54,308 nucleotides of DNA from Alphaproteobacteria bacterium. Lineage in GTDB: Bacteria > Pseudomonadota > Alphaproteobacteria > RF32 > CAG-239. The DNA lies in NCBI GenBank assembly GCA_017477035.1, contig JAFUXW010000002.1, positions 1 to 54,308 on the forward strand. Direction: 5' to 3'. The notes below the pieces were generated by a model. That model searched no databases. It was not told the DNA's origin and saw nothing but the letters and a program-made list of their open reading frames with translations. The first letter of the stretch is position 1. Every line of letters starts with the position of its first letter. Below, piece by piece: positions 51,928 through 54,308 of this stretch. The position numbers were made by a program, and so were the translations under genes.

Positions 51928-52307
51928 TAGCATAACTCCTCAATCTCTTGTTTTGTCAGGCGTCTTGCATGTGTCCATCTTTTGCCATAACAGCACCCAT
52001 ATTTTATACTCTTAATTCCGCTAGTAATTAAATCTGAAAGCACCCCGTAAGATATTGTTCCGTCATTGTTCCAAAACTTACATAGCTTGCCAACATCAGC
52101 TTCTTTTGCTTCTGGCATCGGGCGTGTGATTTCAGTCTTATCATGCCAGTTGATTTTAATTAAAGTTGTCAATGTTTCGTCATCTTTAAATCCAATATGA
52201 ATAATATTTTTATCTATAAAATTTATGCATACAGCATTATCAGGTAATATATCCCATAAATCTGCCATATCTTTTTCGTTTTCAACGTCAAATATTCTTT
52301 GTGTCAT
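51927..52307 (-). CDS. hypothetical protein (126 aa)
   Basis: Intact ORF. Confidence 0.5.
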   Translation of the reverse strand: MTQRIFDVENEKDMADLWDILPDNAVCINFIDKNIIHIGFKDDETLTTLIKINWHDKTEITRPMPEAKEADVGKLCKFWNNDGTISYGVLSDLITSGIKSIKYGCCYGKRWTHARRLTKQEIEELC

Positions 52308-52468
52308 TCTTTTTCCTTTCTAAAATTGCGTTAATACTGTATTTGTTCCAATCACGTTCAAAGATATAATCCCATTCGGTCATTTACATATCCTTTCGAG
52401 GTGAGGGGCGGAAGACTAATTATTCGGAGAAATAATGATACACTTTAAAAACCGCCCCTCGTGGTAAA

Positions 52469-52657
52469 TCATTTCAAAACCTTTTCTTTTTCCAAATTTT
52501 CTTTAACACTTTTTGGTATGAAAGCATTTTGTATTATTGCTGAAACCGTCTCTAATTTAGCGATTTCATCCTCATCATTACTTTTAACTCTTGCCAATAT
52601 TTCAACACCGCAAAAAGTTATTACGTGTTTTATTATTTCAGTAGCCATTCTTGTCAT
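52469..52657 (-). CDS. hypothetical protein (62 aa)
   Basis: Intact ORF. Confidence 0.4.
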   Translation of the reverse strand: MTRMATEIIKHVITFCGVEILARVKSNDEDEIAKLETVSAIIQNAFIPKSVKENLEKEKVLK

Positions 52658-53243
52658 CTTTAAAAACCTTTATAATATAATCACACCCGAACATATCACC
52701 CATATCATGAGCTTCCTGCCAACTGTTAAACACCCCTAATTCGTTTTCATCAACATCCAACAGCTTCCATTTAGCTTTCAACACGTTATCATGTGTTATA
52801 GGCATCATAAGCGCTCTACGCTGTTTATCACTGCTGATAAAATATATCGGTGTATAAATATCTTTGAATTTTATAACCCCATCAGCGCCGATAAACTCTC
52901 TTACTTTATCAAAGTCAGACTTTAACACCGCACAATTACTTATGAACGTGAATAACCCTTTATGCTTTATATGAGATAATGTAATTGTTTTATCCACCGC
53001 TTGCACTGTGCTCTCTATTAACCCCTCATAGTCGTTATAAGTCAGGTCAACGTTGACAGGATTACCGGCAGCATCCCACAATTCAAACATTGGAATAGCA
53101 CCGTTAAGCTCAGCAAGCAATACACGATTGTCTGAAGCTACCCATTCACCTGTGCGTAGGTTTTGATGGATATAATGCAATGCAGGCCATTTAGTAGACT
53201 TGCACAGTGTGCTGGATAATAACGAGTTCCAAAATCCACTCAT
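52638..53243 (-). CDS. hypothetical protein (201 aa), weak sliding-clamp-like features
   Basis: WVASDNRVLLAELNG recalls DnaN ATDGHRLA; RRALMMPIT recalls the DnaN C-terminal MP motif. Confidence 0.3.
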   Translation of the reverse strand: MSGFWNSLLSSTLCKSTKWPALHYIHQNLRTGEWVASDNRVLLAELNGAIPMFELWDAAGNPVNVDLTYNDYEGLIESTVQAVDKTITLSHIKHKGLFTFISNCAVLKSDFDKVREFIGADGVIKFKDIYTPIYFISSDKQRRALMMPITHDNVLKAKWKLLDVDENELGVFNSWQEAHDMGDMFGCDYIIKVFKDDKNGY

Positions 53244-53274
53244 ATCATTCCCTTCCTTATAAATTTATACGGCA

Positions 53275-53526
53275 TCAAAAAGCTCCTTTTAACAACATTA
53301 ATTCTTCAAAATATACCAAAGCTTTATCTATACCGAGTTCAGTTCTAACATCTCCGCAGAGAGAAATGCGTTTAGAGCCGTCATCGGTATATAAAGTGTA
53401 CATCAACGTGGATTCACCGACGATAACATAAGCATTAATTATAGCGTGTTTAAAATCTTCTTTATAATTAAACGCTATATTGTGCTTTTTAGCAAATTTA
53501 TAAATTGCTTCTAAGTCGTTATTCAT
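53275..53526 (-). CDS. hypothetical protein (83 aa), first gene of the leftward early operon
   Basis: GGAGGTG SD. Confidence 0.5.
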   Translation of the reverse strand: MNNDLEAIYKFAKKHNIAFNYKEDFKHAIINAYVIVGESTLMYTLYTDDGSKRISLCGDVRTELGIDKALVYFEELMLLKGAF

Positions 53527-53549
53527 TGTTAAACACCTCCTTGATAACT

Positions 53550-53578
53550 GTCTTACAACATTGTTAAACGGTTGTCAA
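53550..53578 (-). promoter_or_regulatory. leftward early promoter
   Basis: Minus strand TTGACA (53578-53573) - 17 nt - TAAGAC (53555-53550); T-tracts upstream. Confidence 0.5.
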
Positions 53579-53702
53579 GTAAAAAATTCGCACAGGTGTA
53601 AAAAAAATTGAGGGGGGTCTATCAGCGTTTTCTATTTTGAGGGCATAATTTTTTGAGGGGGGCCCTATACGAATTTCCAAATGCGGAACGAAATTTTTTG
53701 AC

Positions 53703-53731
53703 TTGACAATATGTATTATATAACGTATAAT
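53703..53731 (+). promoter_or_regulatory. perfect-consensus sigma70 promoter
   Basis: TTGACA (53703-53708) - 17 nt - TATAAT (53726-53731). Confidence 0.75.
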
Positions 53732-53736
53732 AACAG

Positions 53737-53824
53737 ACGTAAACTTAGGTTAATTAGTTTATCTCATGAATTTCCCTACCTTCCGGCCGACCTCACTTCA
53801 TCTACGGAAGGTAGGATTTTTTTT
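53737..53824 (+). ncRNA. candidate small RNA of about 88 nt
   Basis: Bounded by the consensus promoter and a strong terminator; no SD-led ORF. Confidence 0.55.
53775..53824 (+). terminator. strong intrinsic terminator
   Basis: 11-bp perfect stem CCTACCTTCCG (53775-53785) / CGGAAGGTAGG (53805-53815), 19-nt loop, T8 (53817-53824). Confidence 0.85.
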
Positions 53825-53835
53825 ATACACATACA

Positions 53836-53970
53836 CTTACCCATGCTAATCACGTTATTAACGCTTACCCGCGTCAGTCACAGTTATTAACGCCTACCCA
53901 TGCTAATCACGTTATTAACGCTTACCCATGCCAATCACAGCTATTAACGCCTACCCATGCCGATCACGTG
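53836..53970. repeat. 28/29-bp tandem repeats, 4.7 copies (CTTACCCATGCTAATCACGTTATTAACG type)
   Basis: Copies start at 53836, 53864, 53893, 53921, 53950. Confidence 0.9.
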
Positions 53971-53974
53971 TAAA

Positions 53975-54097
53975 GTGTAATAGTACCGCGCGTGTAATAG
54001 TACCGCAGGCGCATTCGCACGTGTAATAGTACCGCACGTGTAATAGTATGGCGACTGAATATATATGTAATAGTACCGCACGTGTAATAGTATGGCG
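53975..54097. repeat. six dispersed copies of 15-bp GTGTAATAGTACCGC / GTGTAATAGTATGGCG
   Basis: Copies at 53975, 53992, 54021, 54038, 54065, 54082 (spacings 17, 29, 17, 27, 17). Confidence 0.9.
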
Positions 54098-54239
54098 GGC
54101 GCGCCGGCTTGGTCTATAAACCGTTGATTTTGCGTGATTTTCATTTTAAGGCTGTTTTTAAGCCCATGGAGAGGCGGCATGTTTTTTCAAGTGTTCAGGG
54201 TTTACGACGTTAAAATTCGCCTGTATGGGCTTAAAAAAG

Positions 54240-54308
54240 GCGTTAAACACACCGGGCAGCGTTAAACACCGTTAAACACACCGGGCAGCGTTAAACACCG
54301 TTAAACAC
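54240..54308. repeat. 29-bp repeat array, 2.4 copies (variant ACCGGGCAG spacer), continuous with 1-100
   Basis: CGTTAAACAC x5 in this segment; the terminal AACAC overlaps the window start. Confidence 0.95.

Noticed and set aside
52412-52459. Long inverted repeat GAGGGGCGG / CCGCCCCTC with a 30-nt loop in the 52308-52468 gap
   Set aside because: It is not followed by a U-tract on either strand, so it is not a terminator. It may stabilise mRNA or flank a tiny ORF (about 31 aa from 52383), but I could not support any specific function.
53944-54180. 78-aa ORF on the minus strand in the non-coding region
   Set aside because: It is built from the GTGTAATAGTACCGC repeats (the product repeats YYY/ARYYY), has no SD and no coding-like composition.

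Overview
The window reads as one complete tailed-phage genome of about 54.3 kb, opened inside a repeat array. The last 69 nt and the first 100 nt belong to the same 29-bp repeat built on CGTTAAACAC, and the terminal AACAC overlaps the initial AACAC. This fits a circular assembly, circular permutation or terminal redundancy.

Layout:
1. 155-1633 (-): five small genes of unknown function, separated by near-identical junctions.
2. 1650-2290: a control region rich in repeats.
3. 2303-32260 (+): the late block.
   - Packaging and head: two paralogous HTH proteins, TerS, TerL, portal, scaffold, major capsid, connector proteins and a MuF-like protein.
   - Tail: Ig-tagged major tail protein, G/GT chaperones with a canonical -1 slip, tape measure, lambda-like M/L/K and a fused I-J tip protein.
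   - Distal genes: fibre genes, an orphan Gly/Cys-rich cassette, XhlA-like and GH24 lysis genes, a free-standing HNH endonuclease, an LRR protein and overlapped spanins.
   - Last gene: a stand-alone NrdD-like glycyl-radical domain.
4. 32294-40034 (-): the replication block. It holds a MazG-like protein, a family-B polymerase, a truncated N6-MTase, a Zn-finger sigma factor, a tRNA-like element, a gp2.5-like SSB, a GapR-like protein and a DUF2800-type nuclease.
5. 40131-43547 (+): SF2 helicase, HExxH protein, VRR-NUC nuclease and a TetR-like regulator.
6. 43536-44299 (-): an NPPF methyltransferase.
7. 44531-48627 (+): an HTH protein, a large C5-methyltransferase and a primase-helicase.
8. 48595-53526 (-): a frameshifted fibre-like gene plus about 17 small early genes, one of them DUF2829/Tad2-like.
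9. 53527-54308: a non-coding region with a candidate sRNA and three repeat families.

I recognised no integrase, CI-type repressor or partition genes, so the phage is probably virulent. Spanins imply a diderm host. Low GC, strong GGAGG Shine-Dalgarno sites, small genes typical of Firmicute phages and the anaerobic-RNR fragment point to an anaerobic diderm Firmicute (Negativicutes). That host call is inference only.

Most interesting unexplained items:
- A conserved four-segment structured leader, duplicated in front of the capsid and tail-tube genes.
- The stand-alone NrdD glycyl-radical domain.
- A tRNA-like element inside the replication operon.
- A consensus-promoter/terminator sRNA unit.
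- The orphan Gly/Cys-rich cassette.
- A dispersed pseudo-palindromic operator that overlaps the early -35 boxes.

All family assignments are motif recognition by eye and from memory. No searches were run.
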